DNA of 64,000 nucleotides from Lysobacterales bacterium. GTDB taxonomy: Bacteria; Pseudomonadota; Gammaproteobacteria; Xanthomonadales; SZUA-5. Shown here one piece after another: positions 53,298 through 63,964 of the stretch. The translations under genes were made by a program, and so were the position numbers. The stretch is from positions 160,001 through 224,000 of the forward strand of contig JALHMH010000002.1 of assembly GCA_022844165.1 (NCBI GenBank), in the 5' to 3' direction. Numbering within the stretch: position 1 is the first letter of the stretch; every line of letters starts with the position of its first letter. The notes beneath the pieces are model-generated. The model saw nothing but the letters and a program-made list of their open reading frames with translations. It was not told the DNA's origin and did no database searches.

Positions 53298-53857
53298 GCG
53301 GCCAGATATTCACCCAGCCACGCACGCGCAAAACGCCACTGCCGCCCCACGGTGGCGACCGACGACATCATCGCCTGCGCAACCTCTTCGACCGCCATGC
53401 CGGCAAAAACCCGCATCTCGACCACTTGCACGCAGCGCCGATCCACCTCGGCCAACGCGGTCAGCGCCTGATCCAGTTCCAGCCAATCGATGCCGTTGGT
53501 CAGCGCCATCGCTTCTTCGGCTGCGCCCGTCAACTCCACTTTAATCACATCGCCGCCGCGCTTTTCGCTTTTGCGCTCGCGCAAATGATCGATCAGGATG
53601 TAACGGATCACGGTCGCCGCGATCGCAAAAAAATGCTGCCGATCCTGCCAATCCACCTTCTGCTGGCGATGCAGGCGCTCGTACGCCTCATTGACCAGTT
53701 CCGTCGCCTGTAAGGTCACCGGGCCGGTAAAGCGCTGCAACTGCACACGCGCCAACGATTGCAGGGTTGGATACACCGCACGAATCAACGCCGGCTCCAC
53801 CGAGCGATCGCCGGCTTTCCAAATCGCCAACAAGCTGGTGACATCGACTTCGGTCAT
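53294..53857 (-). CDS. ECF sigma factor, EcfK/ECF43 type
   Basis: VTSLL..W..GD, TLQATELVNEAY, WQDRQHFFAIAA, KRGG, LDQAL, W.FARAWL; ATGA overlap with the kinase. Confidence 0.92.
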   Translation of the reverse strand: MTEVDVTSLLAIWKAGDRSVEPALIRAVYPTLQSLARVQLQRFTGPVTLQATELVNEAYERLHRQQKVDWQDRQHFFAIAATVIRYILIDHLRERKSEKRGGDVIKVELTGAAEEAMALTNGIDWLELDQALTALAEVDRRCVQVVEMRVFAGMAVEEVAQAMMSSVATVGRQWRFARAWLGEYLAA

Positions 53858-54201
53858 GATTGCTCCAGGCAAACGCCACATGCTCACCGGCAGACGGCCA
53901 AAGATACTGCCTGACGCTACGAACGCCCCAGGTCAGACGCCAGCATGAGCGCGAAGTTCACAATTCCCAGTACGTTCGACCGCGGCAAATCGTTGCAAAT
54001 CGAGCTGTTGCGAGCACAAGGATGACATTGCCCCTCAGGATTTGGCATTGCTTTCCGAACGCCAGCTTATCTCCGGCGATGTATGACAATCTGTCGATGC
54101 ACTTACCAAAAGCTTAAGTTTGGGTTAATTTCTCACCCCGAATCGATCTGGTCGCCGACGTGGCCCGGTTCCTGAACAACAATCTTTTGGGAGTTATGAC
54201 T

Positions 54202-57156
54202 ATGTTCGTAAGAAATTGCCTGGCGGCCAGCATCACGCTGACGCTTGCCGGCGTTGTGGCGCAACCGACGCCGTTATTTGCGCAAAATGGCGAAGAGGCT
54301 GAGACCCTCGAAACCGTTGAGGTACTGGGTTCGCGCATTCGTCGCGCAGAACAGGAGACCTGGCAGCCCGTTACCAGTATCGATCGCGCGGATCTGGAGC
54401 GCACCGGTCTGACTTCCGTTGCCGACGTGTTGCGCGAGATCAGTGCCAACGGTCCGTCGCTCAGCTTGCAAACCAACAACGGCAACACCTCGGGCAATTC
54501 CAGTGTCAACCTGCGCAACTGCGCATCGAACCGTACGTTGGTTTTGGTCAACGGCAAACGTTGGGTCAGCAATAACGGCTTGGCCGGTACGGTGGACCTG
54601 GGTTCCATTCCGCTGGCGGCGGTTGACCGTATCGATATCCTGAAAGATGGCGCCTCGGCCCTGTATGGCTCCGACGCGCTGTGCGGCGTGATCAACCTGC
54701 AAACGCGCACCGGCTTCGAGGGCATGGTCGTCGATGCGTATTACGGCCAATATGACGAGAGCGACGGCGACCGCGAAGCGATCTCGGTGACGATGGGTGG
54801 TAGCAGCGCCGACGACAAGTTTTCTGGCATGTTGACCGCCAGCTTCGTCGACCAAAAACCGGTGTTTGCGGGCGATCGCGAGATTTCGGCCGTCCCGTTG
54901 TTCGGTTTTCCGGCCAACACCTCGTCGCCGGGTCGCGCCAGCCCCGTCGGCCCATTCGGTAACTTCACGCTGAGTGGTCGCAACTTCACGCTCGATCCGT
55001 CCCGCCCTGGCTGCCGACCGAATCAAGTCTGTGCACCGGGCACGCAGAGCGATTTCCGCAACTTCAACTTCATCACCGATGGCTACAACTTTGCGCCGGA
55101 GAATTACCTGCTCCAGCCGCAAAAGACCTACAGCGTCTTTGCCACTGGCGACTATGCGATCAGTGATTCGATCCGCGCCAAGGCCGAAGTGTTCTACACC
55201 AATCGCAATGGCGATGCGCAACTGGCAGCCCAACCGCTGAGCCCGCTGACGATCTCGGCGCAGAGCATTTACAACCCGTTTGGCGCCAATATCACGGGCG
55301 CCGCTTTCCGCCCAATCAACTTCCCGCGCATTTTCGGGCAAGACCAGGATACGTGGCGCTTCACCACGGGTCTGGAGGGCAGTTTCGAGTTCGGCGACCG
55401 TTATTTCTACTGGGATGTGGGCTACAACTACGCCGATAACAAACAGGTCCAGGTCAAGGACGGCTTTTACTTCACCACGCGGGTCAACAATGCTACCGGC
55501 CCGTCGTTTATCGATACCCAGGGAATTCCCCGCTGCGGAACCCCGACGGCTGTGATTGCCGGTTGCGTGCCGATGAACGTCATGGGCGGTGCCGCCGGTT
55601 TCACACAGGCGATGTTCGACAATGTGGCCGTGTCGCCGCGCAACTTGCAGCAGTCGTCGATGACCTCGATCACTGCGAACTTGTCGGGTGAAGTTATCGA
55701 CCTGCCAGCCGGCCCGTTGGCTTTCGCCTTCGGTTTGGAACGCCGCAAAGAAGAAGGATCGGACAATCCGGATCCGCTGACCAACGCCGGTTTGGTGCTG
55801 GGCGACAACCCAGTCACGCCAACACGCGGTGCATTCGACGTCAACGAAGCCTATTTGGAATTGAGCGCGCCGCTGCTGAGCGATGCGCCGCTGGCCAAAT
55901 CGCTGGAAGTCTCGTTGGCCGCACGGTACTCGGATTTCTCATCCTTCGGTTCGACAACGACGCCGAAGTTCAGCGTGCGCTGGCAGGTCATCGATGAGTT
56001 GCTGATTCGTGGATCGTGGGGCGAAGGCTTCCGCGCGCCGTCAGTTGCCGAGTTGTTCCAAGGCAATGCGACCGGTCGTCCGGCGTTCCAGGATTTGTGT
56101 TCGTCGTCGAATCCGTTGTTCGTCGCCAATGCCAGCACGCGTCAACGTTGTGCCGAAACCGGTGTCCCGGCGGGTTTCGTATCGCGGCTCAGCCAGACCT
56201 TCCTGACCACCGGCGGCAACTCGGACCTGCAACCGGAAGAGTCGGTTTCCAAGACGTTAGGCGTCGTTTATTCGCCGGAATGGATGGAAGGTTTGGATCT
56301 GTATGCTGACTGGTACAGCATCGAGATCGAAAATTCGATCGGCGGGTTCGGCGCTAACGCGATCCTCACTGGCTGCTACTCGCAGCTCAATGACGCGCGT
56401 TGTGCGCTGATCACGCGAGATCGCACGGGCGCCGTCAACGGTAACCCAGGCGAAATCTCGAATATCGACTCGCGCAATCTGAACTTCCTGGGCGGATTGG
56501 AAACGGATGGTTTGGACTTCGGTGGTTCCTATCGCTTCGAAATTGGCGATTGGGGCACACTGACGACGCGATTCGATAACACGTACGTCAACTACTTTGG
56601 CGATATCGATAAGCCGGAGCGTGGTGAGCTGAATCGCGACGGCGATATCTCGGGGGGCAATCTGGTGGGCACGCTGCCCGCCGGTTCGTCCGCCGGTGCG
56701 CCGCGGCACCGCCTGCGGTCGAACCTGAGCCTGGTCTGGTCGATCGAAGATTTCACCGTATCGACCACACTGGAATATCGTAGCCGCATCAATGAGTCCT
56801 GCAACAATGTGGTCAATACGGCCAACGCACTCGGTGCTGTGGACGCAAACTTCCGTGCGCTGCGGGATCTTTGCAGCGACCCGGACCGCGTGATTGATTT
56901 GTACTCGTTTGTGCCGGGCACGAGCACGGTGCGCGCGACACCTGGTCCTTCGCCACGGAACTCGCTCGGCGGCACCACGTATACGCACCTGCAAGGCTCT
57001 TGGAAATCGCCGTGGGACGCGACGGTCACGCTGGGCGTGCGCAACCTTTTTGAGAAGGATCCGCCGTTTTCGTCCGACGCTTTCGCAAACTCGTACGATG
57101 CCCAGTACCTGATTCCCGGTCGGTTCTTCTACATGAACTATATCCAGCGCTTCTAA
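54202..57156 (+). CDS. TonB-dependent receptor
   Basis: Signal peptide, ETVEVLGSRI, RTLVLVNGKR, ILKDGASALYGSDA, GEGFRAPS, terminal Phe. Confidence 0.95.
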   Translation: MFVRNCLAASITLTLAGVVAQPTPLFAQNGEEAETLETVEVLGSRIRRAEQETWQPVTSIDRADLERTGLTSVADVLREISANGPSLSLQTNNGNTSGNSSVNLRNCASNRTLVLVNGKRWVSNNGLAGTVDLGSIPLAAVDRIDILKDGASALYGSDALCGVINLQTRTGFEGMVVDAYYGQYDESDGDREAISVTMGGSSADDKFSGMLTASFVDQKPVFAGDREISAVPLFGFPANTSSPGRASPVGPFGNFTLSGRNFTLDPSRPGCRPNQVCAPGTQSDFRNFNFITDGYNFAPENYLLQPQKTYSVFATGDYAISDSIRAKAEVFYTNRNGDAQLAAQPLSPLTISAQSIYNPFGANITGAAFRPINFPRIFGQDQDTWRFTTGLEGSFEFGDRYFYWDVGYNYADNKQVQVKDGFYFTTRVNNATGPSFIDTQGIPRCGTPTAVIAGCVPMNVMGGAAGFTQAMFDNVAVSPRNLQQSSMTSITANLSGEVIDLPAGPLAFAFGLERRKEEGSDNPDPLTNAGLVLGDNPVTPTRGAFDVNEAYLELSAPLLSDAPLAKSLEVSLAARYSDFSSFGSTTTPKFSVRWQVIDELLIRGSWGEGFRAPSVAELFQGNATGRPAFQDLCSSSNPLFVANASTRQRCAETGVPAGFVSRLSQTFLTTGGNSDLQPEESVSKTLGVVYSPEWMEGLDLYADWYSIEIENSIGGFGANAILTGCYSQLNDARCALITRDRTGAVNGNPGEISNIDSRNLNFLGGLETDGLDFGGSYRFEIGDWGTLTTRFDNTYVNYFGDIDKPERGELNRDGDISGGNLVGTLPAGSSAGAPRHRLRSNLSLVWSIEDFTVSTTLEYRSRINESCNNVVNTANALGAVDANFRALRDLCSDPDRVIDLYSFVPGTSTVRATPGPSPRNSLGGTTYTHLQGSWKSPWDATVTLGVRNLFEKDPPFSSDAFANSYDAQYLIPGRFFYMNYIQRF

Positions 57157-57180
57157 GCTGAATTGTCCGGCGGATTTTTA

Positions 57181-57210
57181 GGCGGCCTCGGCAACGAGGC
57201 CGCTTTTTTT
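57181..57210 (+). terminator. Rho-independent terminator
   Basis: GCGGCCTCG-GCAA-CGAGGCCGC followed by T7. Confidence 0.9.
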
Positions 57211-57396
57211 GGTGCGCCCCGGGGCCCATGTCGTCGAAGCCTGGTTCTTGCACGGAGAGCTTTGACGTCGATCCGACGGGCATCGGCGTTATTCCCGGGG
57301 TGATCCTCACCCGTGCCATGGTGCTGCCGGCGACCCGATCCGTGAACTTGGCGGCGATGCCGGGTAGTCTCGGCACTCTCGCGCTGCGTTCGACCT

Positions 57397-60300
57397 TTGC
57401 CATTGACCGTGCCGTTCGTCCACCTGCGGTTGCACACCGAGTACTCGATGAGCGACTCGACGTTGCGCATCGAAAATCTCGTGCCGAGCGCAGCGGCGGC
57501 GCGCATGCCGGCGCTGGCCATCACCGATGACGTTAATCTGTTCGCGTTGCTCAAGTTTTCGCAGGCCTGCGAGAAGGCGGGTGTGCAACCATTGGCCGGC
57601 AGCGATGTCTGGGTTCAGGACGGTGCCGAAGCGTATCGGCTGACGTTGCTGGTCACCAATCGGGTTGGTTACAAACACCTTTGCCAGTTGCTGTCGCGCG
57701 GCTATTCCCAAGGTCGCCAGTTGGATCGCGTCGTGCTAAAGAGCGAATGGCTGACGGAGCGTAACGCCGGACTGATTGCGTTGTCGGGTGGTGTCGATGG
57801 CGAATTGGCGCACCTTGTTGCCGCCGGGCAGCACGATACCGCCGTGCTAAAGCTGAAACGCTGGATGCGCTTATTCCCGGATGCGTTTTATGTCGATCTG
57901 TCGCGTTGCCAGCGTGGCGACGAGCATCAGATTACCGCCAATCTGGCGCGATTGGCGAGCGAAGCGGGATGCCCGTCAGTTGCGACCAACGACGTGCGCT
58001 TTCTAAAGCGCGAAGACTTTCAGGCGCACGAAGCGCGCGTGGCAATTGCCCAGGGCTGGACGTTGTCCGATTCACGTCGACCCAAACGCTACAGCCCTGA
58101 GCAGTACTTGAAGAGCCCTGATGAAATGGCGTTGTTGTTTGCCGATATGCCAGAAGCGCTCAGCAACACCGTCGATCTGGCGCGACGCTGCACGTTCTCG
58201 CTGCAGACCGGCACGTACTACTTGCCAGATGTTCCCACCCGCGCGGGAGAAACCGCCTCCGAGCGATTGCTACGCGAATCCAGGGAGGGCCTGGCAAAGC
58301 GCCTCGAGAAACTGCGCGCGGCCAAAGTGCTGGCGGGGGAGGAGGCTGGATATCACGAACGCCTCGAACGCGAGGCAGGCGTGATCGCGGCCATGGGCTT
58401 CCCCGGATATTTTTTGATCGTGGCCGACTTCATCGGCTGGGCCAAACAACATGGTATCCCGGTCGGTCCGGGACGCGGCTCTGGAGCGGGTTCGCTGGTC
58501 GCATATGCGCTGGGTATCACCGATCTGGATCCACTGCGATATGAGCTGCTGTTCGAACGCTTCTTAAATCCCGAGCGTGTCTCGATGCCGGACTTCGACA
58601 TCGACTTCTGCATGGAGCGGCGCGATGAAGTGATCCGCTATGTGCGTGGCGCCTACGGAGCGGACAAGGTTGCGCAGATCATCACCTACGGCACGATGGC
58701 GGCAAAAGCCTGTGTGCGCGACGCCGGGCGCGTGCTTGGATTGCCGTTTCCCGCGGTCGACTCTATCGCCAAGCTGATTCCGATGCGGCCATTGGATATC
58801 ACGCTCGAAGATGCACTGGGTTTGTCGGAAAAGTCGCAGAAGGAACCGGAGCGGGTTTCGCCCGATCTGAAAGCGCGATTCGCCAATGAAGACGATGAAG
58901 CGCGCACCGTACTGGATCTGGCGCTGGAACTCGAAGGGCTGGTGCGCAATGCCGGCAAACACGCCGGTGGTCTGGTGATTGCGCCGACCGCTCTGACCGA
59001 CTTTACGGCGTTGTACGTCGAAGCCAAGGCCGATGCGGCTAACGATTTGCCGGTCACGCAATTCGACAAGGACGATGTCGAGTCGATCGGTCTTGTGAAG
59101 TTCGACTTTCTCGGCCTGCGAACGTTGACGATCCTCAACTGGGCGATGGCGGCGATCAACACGAGGCGCGCCGCCGAAGGTTTGGAGCCGCTCGACATCG
59201 ACTGGCTGCCACTCGGTGATCGGGCGACCTACGAGCTGTTTTCGCGCGGCGATACCGTGGCCGTGTTCCAGTTCGAATCGGGTGGCATGCAGCGCTTGCT
59301 GAAAGACGCCAAGCCCGATCGTTTCGAAGATTTGATCGCGCTGGTATCGCTGTATCGACCAGGGCCAATGGAGTTGATTCCGAGCTTCTGCGCACGCAAA
59401 CATGGCCGCGAGGAAATCGCCTATCCCGACCCGCGCGTCGAGCCGATCCTGAAAGAGACCTACGGCATTATGGTCTATCAGGAACAGGTGATGCAGATGG
59501 CGCAAATCGTCGGCGGATACTCGCTCGGCGGCGCCGATTTGTTGCGCCGTGCGATGGGCAAGAAAAAGCCCGAGGAAATGGTCAAACATCGCGGCATCTT
59601 CCGCAGCGGTGCTGAGAAAAACGGTGTTGCCGAGGCCAAGGCCGACGCCATCTTTGATCTGATGGAGAAGTTCGCCGGCTACGGCTTTAACAAGTCGCAC
59701 GCCGCCGCCTATGCGCTGGTGGCCTATCAGACTGCCTATCTGAAGACGCACTATCCAGCCGAGTTTTTGGCTGCGACGTTGTCATCCGATATGGATCGCA
59801 CCGAGGCGGTCGTTGAGTTCCTGAACGATGCGCGCGTACGTGGCATCAAAGTGCTGACCCCCTGCGTCAACCACTCGGTATTTCACTTCAAGGCACTGGG
59901 CAAGACCGTTCGTTATGGCCTGGGGGCGATCAAGGGCGTTGGCGTTCCCGCCAGTGAGGCGATCGTGCGCGAGCGCGAGCGCGGCGGACCCTTTCGCGAT
60001 TTGCAGGATTTTTGTTTGCGCGTCGACATGAGCAAGCTCAACCGGCGCGTCCTCGAAGCGCTGATTGCCGCTGGCGCTCTCGATGCACTCGGCCCGCATC
60101 GTGGCGCACTGCTGGCCGGGCTACCCGACGCGACCAAGGCCGCCGAACAGCGCACGCGCGATGGCGCGGCTGGTCAGGTCGACCTTTTTGGCATCGGCAG
60201 CGCCGTTCCATCTGCGCCGATCATCTTGCCGGACGTGCCGCCGCAACCGATGCTGGATTTGCTTGAGGGCGAAAAGCAGACGTTGGGCTGGTATGTGTCG

Positions 60301-60918
60301 GGGCATCCGCTGGATGTGATCGCGCCATGGTTACCGGAGATCACGAGCGGTAGCTTGATGGAGGTCGCCGCACGCGCGCCGAGAGACAAAAAGGGCCGAT
60401 TCGGCGAAGTTGCGGCCACGATTGCCGGCATGGTCGGCCCGATGCGGCGCAAGGGCGATAGCGCATTCGTACAGCTGCAAGATCGATCCGGCAAACTGGA
60501 AACGCGCTTCTCGGGCGAAGCCTATGCCGAGTACGGCGGATTGATCGATGCGGCCGACATCCTGGTGCTCGAAGGCCAGATTGCATGGGACGAATTTCTG
60601 AATGCGCCGATTTTGCGCGTCCGCCGCGCGCAGAATCTAACCGATGCCACGGCGAGCGCAGCACGTTCGCTCAAGGTGCGCCTGACTGATCCGGCTGCGA
60701 ACATTGTCGAGCGTTTGAAGACGGTGCTTCGCGCCAGTCGCGGCGGCACACGCGTGCGCATCGACTTCAAGCGTGGCAATAGCGAAATGAGTTTCGATTT
60801 GGGCGACGACTGGCGCGTGCGCGCGACACCGGCGCTGCTCGACGCCTTGCGCGGCTTGCCGAGTTGCGAGGCCAACATATTGTTTGCGCGGCAGATGGCC
60901 GAGAGCCTGGCGGCCTGA
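57397..60918 (+). CDS. dnaE: DNA polymerase III alpha subunit
   Basis: FVHLRLHTEYS, GRGSGAGS, PDFDIDF, KFDFLGL, GFNKSHAAAY. Start is TTG/GTG within 57397-57409. Confidence 0.97.
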   Translation: MPLTVPFVHLRLHTEYSMSDSTLRIENLVPSAAAARMPALAITDDVNLFALLKFSQACEKAGVQPLAGSDVWVQDGAEAYRLTLLVTNRVGYKHLCQLLSRGYSQGRQLDRVVLKSEWLTERNAGLIALSGGVDGELAHLVAAGQHDTAVLKLKRWMRLFPDAFYVDLSRCQRGDEHQITANLARLASEAGCPSVATNDVRFLKREDFQAHEARVAIAQGWTLSDSRRPKRYSPEQYLKSPDEMALLFADMPEALSNTVDLARRCTFSLQTGTYYLPDVPTRAGETASERLLRESREGLAKRLEKLRAAKVLAGEEAGYHERLEREAGVIAAMGFPGYFLIVADFIGWAKQHGIPVGPGRGSGAGSLVAYALGITDLDPLRYELLFERFLNPERVSMPDFDIDFCMERRDEVIRYVRGAYGADKVAQIITYGTMAAKACVRDAGRVLGLPFPAVDSIAKLIPMRPLDITLEDALGLSEKSQKEPERVSPDLKARFANEDDEARTVLDLALELEGLVRNAGKHAGGLVIAPTALTDFTALYVEAKADAANDLPVTQFDKDDVESIGLVKFDFLGLRTLTILNWAMAAINTRRAAEGLEPLDIDWLPLGDRATYELFSRGDTVAVFQFESGGMQRLLKDAKPDRFEDLIALVSLYRPGPMELIPSFCARKHGREEIAYPDPRVEPILKETYGIMVYQEQVMQMAQIVGGYSLGGADLLRRAMGKKKPEEMVKHRGIFRSGAEKNGVAEAKADAIFDLMEKFAGYGFNKSHAAAYALVAYQTAYLKTHYPAEFLAATLSSDMDRTEAVVEFLNDARVRGIKVLTPCVNHSVFHFKALGKTVRYGLGAIKGVGVPASEAIVRERERGGPFRDLQDFCLRVDMSKLNRRVLEALIAAGALDALGPHRGALLAGLPDATKAAEQRTRDGAAGQVDLFGIGSAVPSAPIILPDVPPQPMLDLLEGEKQTLGWYVSGHPLDVIAPWLPEITSGSLMEVAARAPRDKKGRFGEVAATIAGMVGPMRRKGDSAFVQLQDRSGKLETRFSGEAYAEYGGLIDAADILVLEGQIAWDEFLNAPILRVRRAQNLTDATASAARSLKVRLTDPAANIVERLKTVLRASRGGTRVRIDFKRGNSEMSFDLGDDWRVRATPALLDALRGLPSCEANILFARQMAESLAA

Positions 60919-61061
60919 CATCGCGCTGGCGGACGTTTCTTTGACCGCAGCTAAGTATCCTCTGCAATCACTTGCGCGACAGCGCGATCGCCCTGGGTAT
61001 GCAAGCATCTGCGCTACGTTCCTGTCGCCTCCCACTGCACTCAAGCCCATTTAGGACCACT

Positions 61062-63812
61062 ATGACCCAGCGTATCGCCGCTCTTGCCGTTGCCCTGGCG
61101 TTGAGCACCGTCGTTCAAGGCACTGAGCTCGACATCCCCTTCGATACTTTCGAGCTGGACAATGGACTGAATGTTGTCGTGCACCAGGACAGCAAGGCGC
61201 CAGTGGTGGCGGTATCGATTTGGTACCACGTGGGATCAAAGGATGAAAAAGCAGACCGGACGGGTTTTGCCCACTTGTTCGAGCACCTGATGTTTCAAGG
61301 CTCGGAAAACTACAACGACGAGTACTTCAAACCGTTCGAACGGGTCGGCGCAACGGACATGAACGGGACGACGTCGTTGGATCGCACCAACTATTTTCAA
61401 ACGGTGCCAAAGACAGCGCTCGATATGGCGCTATGGATGGAATCGGACCGTATGGGTCATCTGCTCGGCGTGATCGATCAGGCGCGTCTGGACGAACAAC
61501 GAGGGGTCGTCAAGAACGAAAAGCGCCAGGGCGAGAATGCGCCGTATGGGCGGGTCTTTGAGGCAATCCTGCGCGCCAGTTTCCCAGAGGGACATCCCTA
61601 TCGTTGGAGCTCGATCGGCTCCATTGAACACTTGGAGGCCGCCTCACTCGACGATGTCAAGGCGTGGTTCAAGCGGTATTACGGCGCGGCGAATGCAACA
61701 TTGGTGCTGGCCGGCGATGTAACGCTTGACGAAGCCCGGGAAAAGGTACAACGATATTTTGGCCACATCGATGCCGGTCCGCCCTTGACGCGCCTTGAGG
61801 CCTGGGTGGCGCCGCGAGTGGAAGCCACGCGCGAGGTGATGTACGACCGCGTTGCTCAAGCGCGTGTGCACATGACCTATAACGTCGCGCAACTCGGCGA
61901 AGCGGACGCCGATTACCTCGAAATTGCGGCGCAAGTGCTCGGGCAAGGCAAGACGTCGCGTCTTTACCAACGGCTGGTCCAGACCGACCGCATTGCCGAT
62001 AGCGTTGTTGCTTATCCGATCAGCTTCGAGTTGGCCGGGTTGTTTGTCATTGAAGCGGACGTCAAGGCCGGCGTGTCGATGGCGACGGTGGAACAGGCCA
62101 TCGACGATGAGTTGCAGAAGCTGCTACGAGAAGGCCCGACCGAAGACGAACTCGCCGCAGCGCGCACAGAACTGCGCAGCAACTTTGTGCGCGGAATCCA
62201 ACGGGTCGGCGGATTCGCTGGCAAAGCCGGCGTGCTCGCCGAGTGCGCCGTTTATCAGGGCGACCCCGGTTGCTTTAGGACCTCGCTCACGCGCCAACTC
62301 GAAGCCACCGCCGAGGACGTGAGCGGTGCCGCGCGGCGCTGGTTGAGTCAGGGCCGACACACGCTCGAGGTGCGTCCGCAACCCAAATACCAGAGCGCCA
62401 CCAGCGCCGTAGACCGCAGCGCCGGTGTGCCCGACGTCAGCGACTTTCCCGAAGTCGATTTTCCGACACTCGAACGCGGCACCTTGAAAAACGGCTTGCC
62501 CGTGGTGCTCGCCGCCCGTGGCGGTGTGCCACTGGTCAATGTGGAACTGCTGTTCGAAGGCGGTTCGGCCGCGGACGTTGGTCGCCACCTGGGAACGGCG
62601 AGTTTTACCTTCAGCATGCTCGATGAAGGCGCAGGAAAGCGCGATGCTTTGCAAATCGCCAGCGCACTCAAAGCGATCGGCGCCGACCTGTCCGCGGGCG
62701 CCAGCCTTGATTTTGGCAACGCAGGGGTGTCCAGTCTGACCGAACAAATCGACCCGGCTCTGGCGATTTTAGCCGATGTGGTTCGCCGACCGACGTTCGC
62801 GGCGAGCGAGATCGAGCGTGTTCGCCAACAGTGGCTCGCCGGGATCAAGCAAGAAAAAACTGAACCCAATGCGCTTGGCTTTCGACTGATGCCGCGCCTG
62901 CTGTATGGCGATACGCATCCCTATTCAGCGCCATTTACCGGTTCGGGAACAGAGGCGAGTATCGCGGCGCTGAAGCGCGAAGATCTGGTTGCTTATCACA
63001 GCGCGGCAATTCGCCCCGATAACGCCAAGATACTGGTGTCCGGCGACATCCGCATGGCGCAATTGCTGCCGCTTCTGGAAAAGCACTTTGGCGCTTGGCG
63101 GGCGCCGAGCGCGCCCAAAGCGCAGGTGACGCGACCACAAGTGCCTCTGCCGACATCGCCGCGCGTGTACTTGCTCGACCGCCCGGAGGCGCCGCAAACG
63201 GTGATCATGGCCGGGCACCTTGCGCCCAGCACGCTTGTCGACAACCTCACCAATATTGGCACGATGAACTCGATTCTCGGTGGTGGTTTTACCTCGCGCA
63301 TCAACATGAACCTGCGCGAAGAAAAACATTGGAGTTACGGCGCCGGTATCAGCCTGCCGAACGCGCTGGGCCAACGACCGTGGATCGTTGTAGCGCCAGT
63401 GCAAACGGACAAGACCGCCGAGGCGATTGTGGAAATCCGCAACGAAATCGTCGCCTATCTCGATGGCGAACCGGCCACAGCCGATGAGCTCGACAAGATC
63501 AAAGCGCGCGATGTGCGCTCATTGCCTGGTGCATTCGAAACGGTCGGCGCCGTGCAGAGCGCCCTGCGCTCGATCGTGCAGTACGGCCGGCCGGACGACT
63601 ATGTGCGCCAGAGCAAGGCGCGCATTGAGGCGCAGACGCTGCAAAGTGTGCGAGCTGCCGCAAAACAAGTGATCCAGCCGCAGGCGTTGGCGTGGGTTGT
63701 TGTCGGTGATCTGAAAAAAATCGAGGCCAACGTCCGTGCCCTGAATCTGGGCCCGGTGACGGTGGTCGACGACGACGGCATGCCGCGAGGAAACGGCCCA
63801 GCGCAAGAATGA
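61062..63812 (+). CDS. Secreted M16 (pitrilysin/insulinase family) zinc peptidase
   Basis: Signal peptide, inverted zinc motif HLFEH, two fused halves, LREEKHWSYG. Confidence 0.93.
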   Translation: MTQRIAALAVALALSTVVQGTELDIPFDTFELDNGLNVVVHQDSKAPVVAVSIWYHVGSKDEKADRTGFAHLFEHLMFQGSENYNDEYFKPFERVGATDMNGTTSLDRTNYFQTVPKTALDMALWMESDRMGHLLGVIDQARLDEQRGVVKNEKRQGENAPYGRVFEAILRASFPEGHPYRWSSIGSIEHLEAASLDDVKAWFKRYYGAANATLVLAGDVTLDEAREKVQRYFGHIDAGPPLTRLEAWVAPRVEATREVMYDRVAQARVHMTYNVAQLGEADADYLEIAAQVLGQGKTSRLYQRLVQTDRIADSVVAYPISFELAGLFVIEADVKAGVSMATVEQAIDDELQKLLREGPTEDELAAARTELRSNFVRGIQRVGGFAGKAGVLAECAVYQGDPGCFRTSLTRQLEATAEDVSGAARRWLSQGRHTLEVRPQPKYQSATSAVDRSAGVPDVSDFPEVDFPTLERGTLKNGLPVVLAARGGVPLVNVELLFEGGSAADVGRHLGTASFTFSMLDEGAGKRDALQIASALKAIGADLSAGASLDFGNAGVSSLTEQIDPALAILADVVRRPTFAASEIERVRQQWLAGIKQEKTEPNALGFRLMPRLLYGDTHPYSAPFTGSGTEASIAALKREDLVAYHSAAIRPDNAKILVSGDIRMAQLLPLLEKHFGAWRAPSAPKAQVTRPQVPLPTSPRVYLLDRPEAPQTVIMAGHLAPSTLVDNLTNIGTMNSILGGGFTSRINMNLREEKHWSYGAGISLPNALGQRPWIVVAPVQTDKTAEAIVEIRNEIVAYLDGEPATADELDKIKARDVRSLPGAFETVGAVQSALRSIVQYGRPDDYVRQSKARIEAQTLQSVRAAAKQVIQPQALAWVVVGDLKKIEANVRALNLGPVTVVDDDGMPRGNGPAQE

Positions 63813-63964
63813 CGCCGATACCTACGGCGGGTCATCTTGGGCCGAACAACCTTCGTCTTCACCTTACTTAGCGAAGGTCGATATCGAACCGAGCGACTTT
63901 TTCGCACGTTTGCGGTTAACATCCGCGCCCATTTTGGCCACCTGTACCGGCCAGCGGATCGTTC

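Noticed and set aside
57212-57396. Possible riboswitch or small ORF upstream of dnaE
   Set aside because: Only short GC hairpins; no recognisable RNA motif or convincing reading frame.
57397-60918. Intein or error-prone DnaE2
   Set aside because: Normal length and continuous replicative DnaE motifs; no imuA/imuB neighbours.
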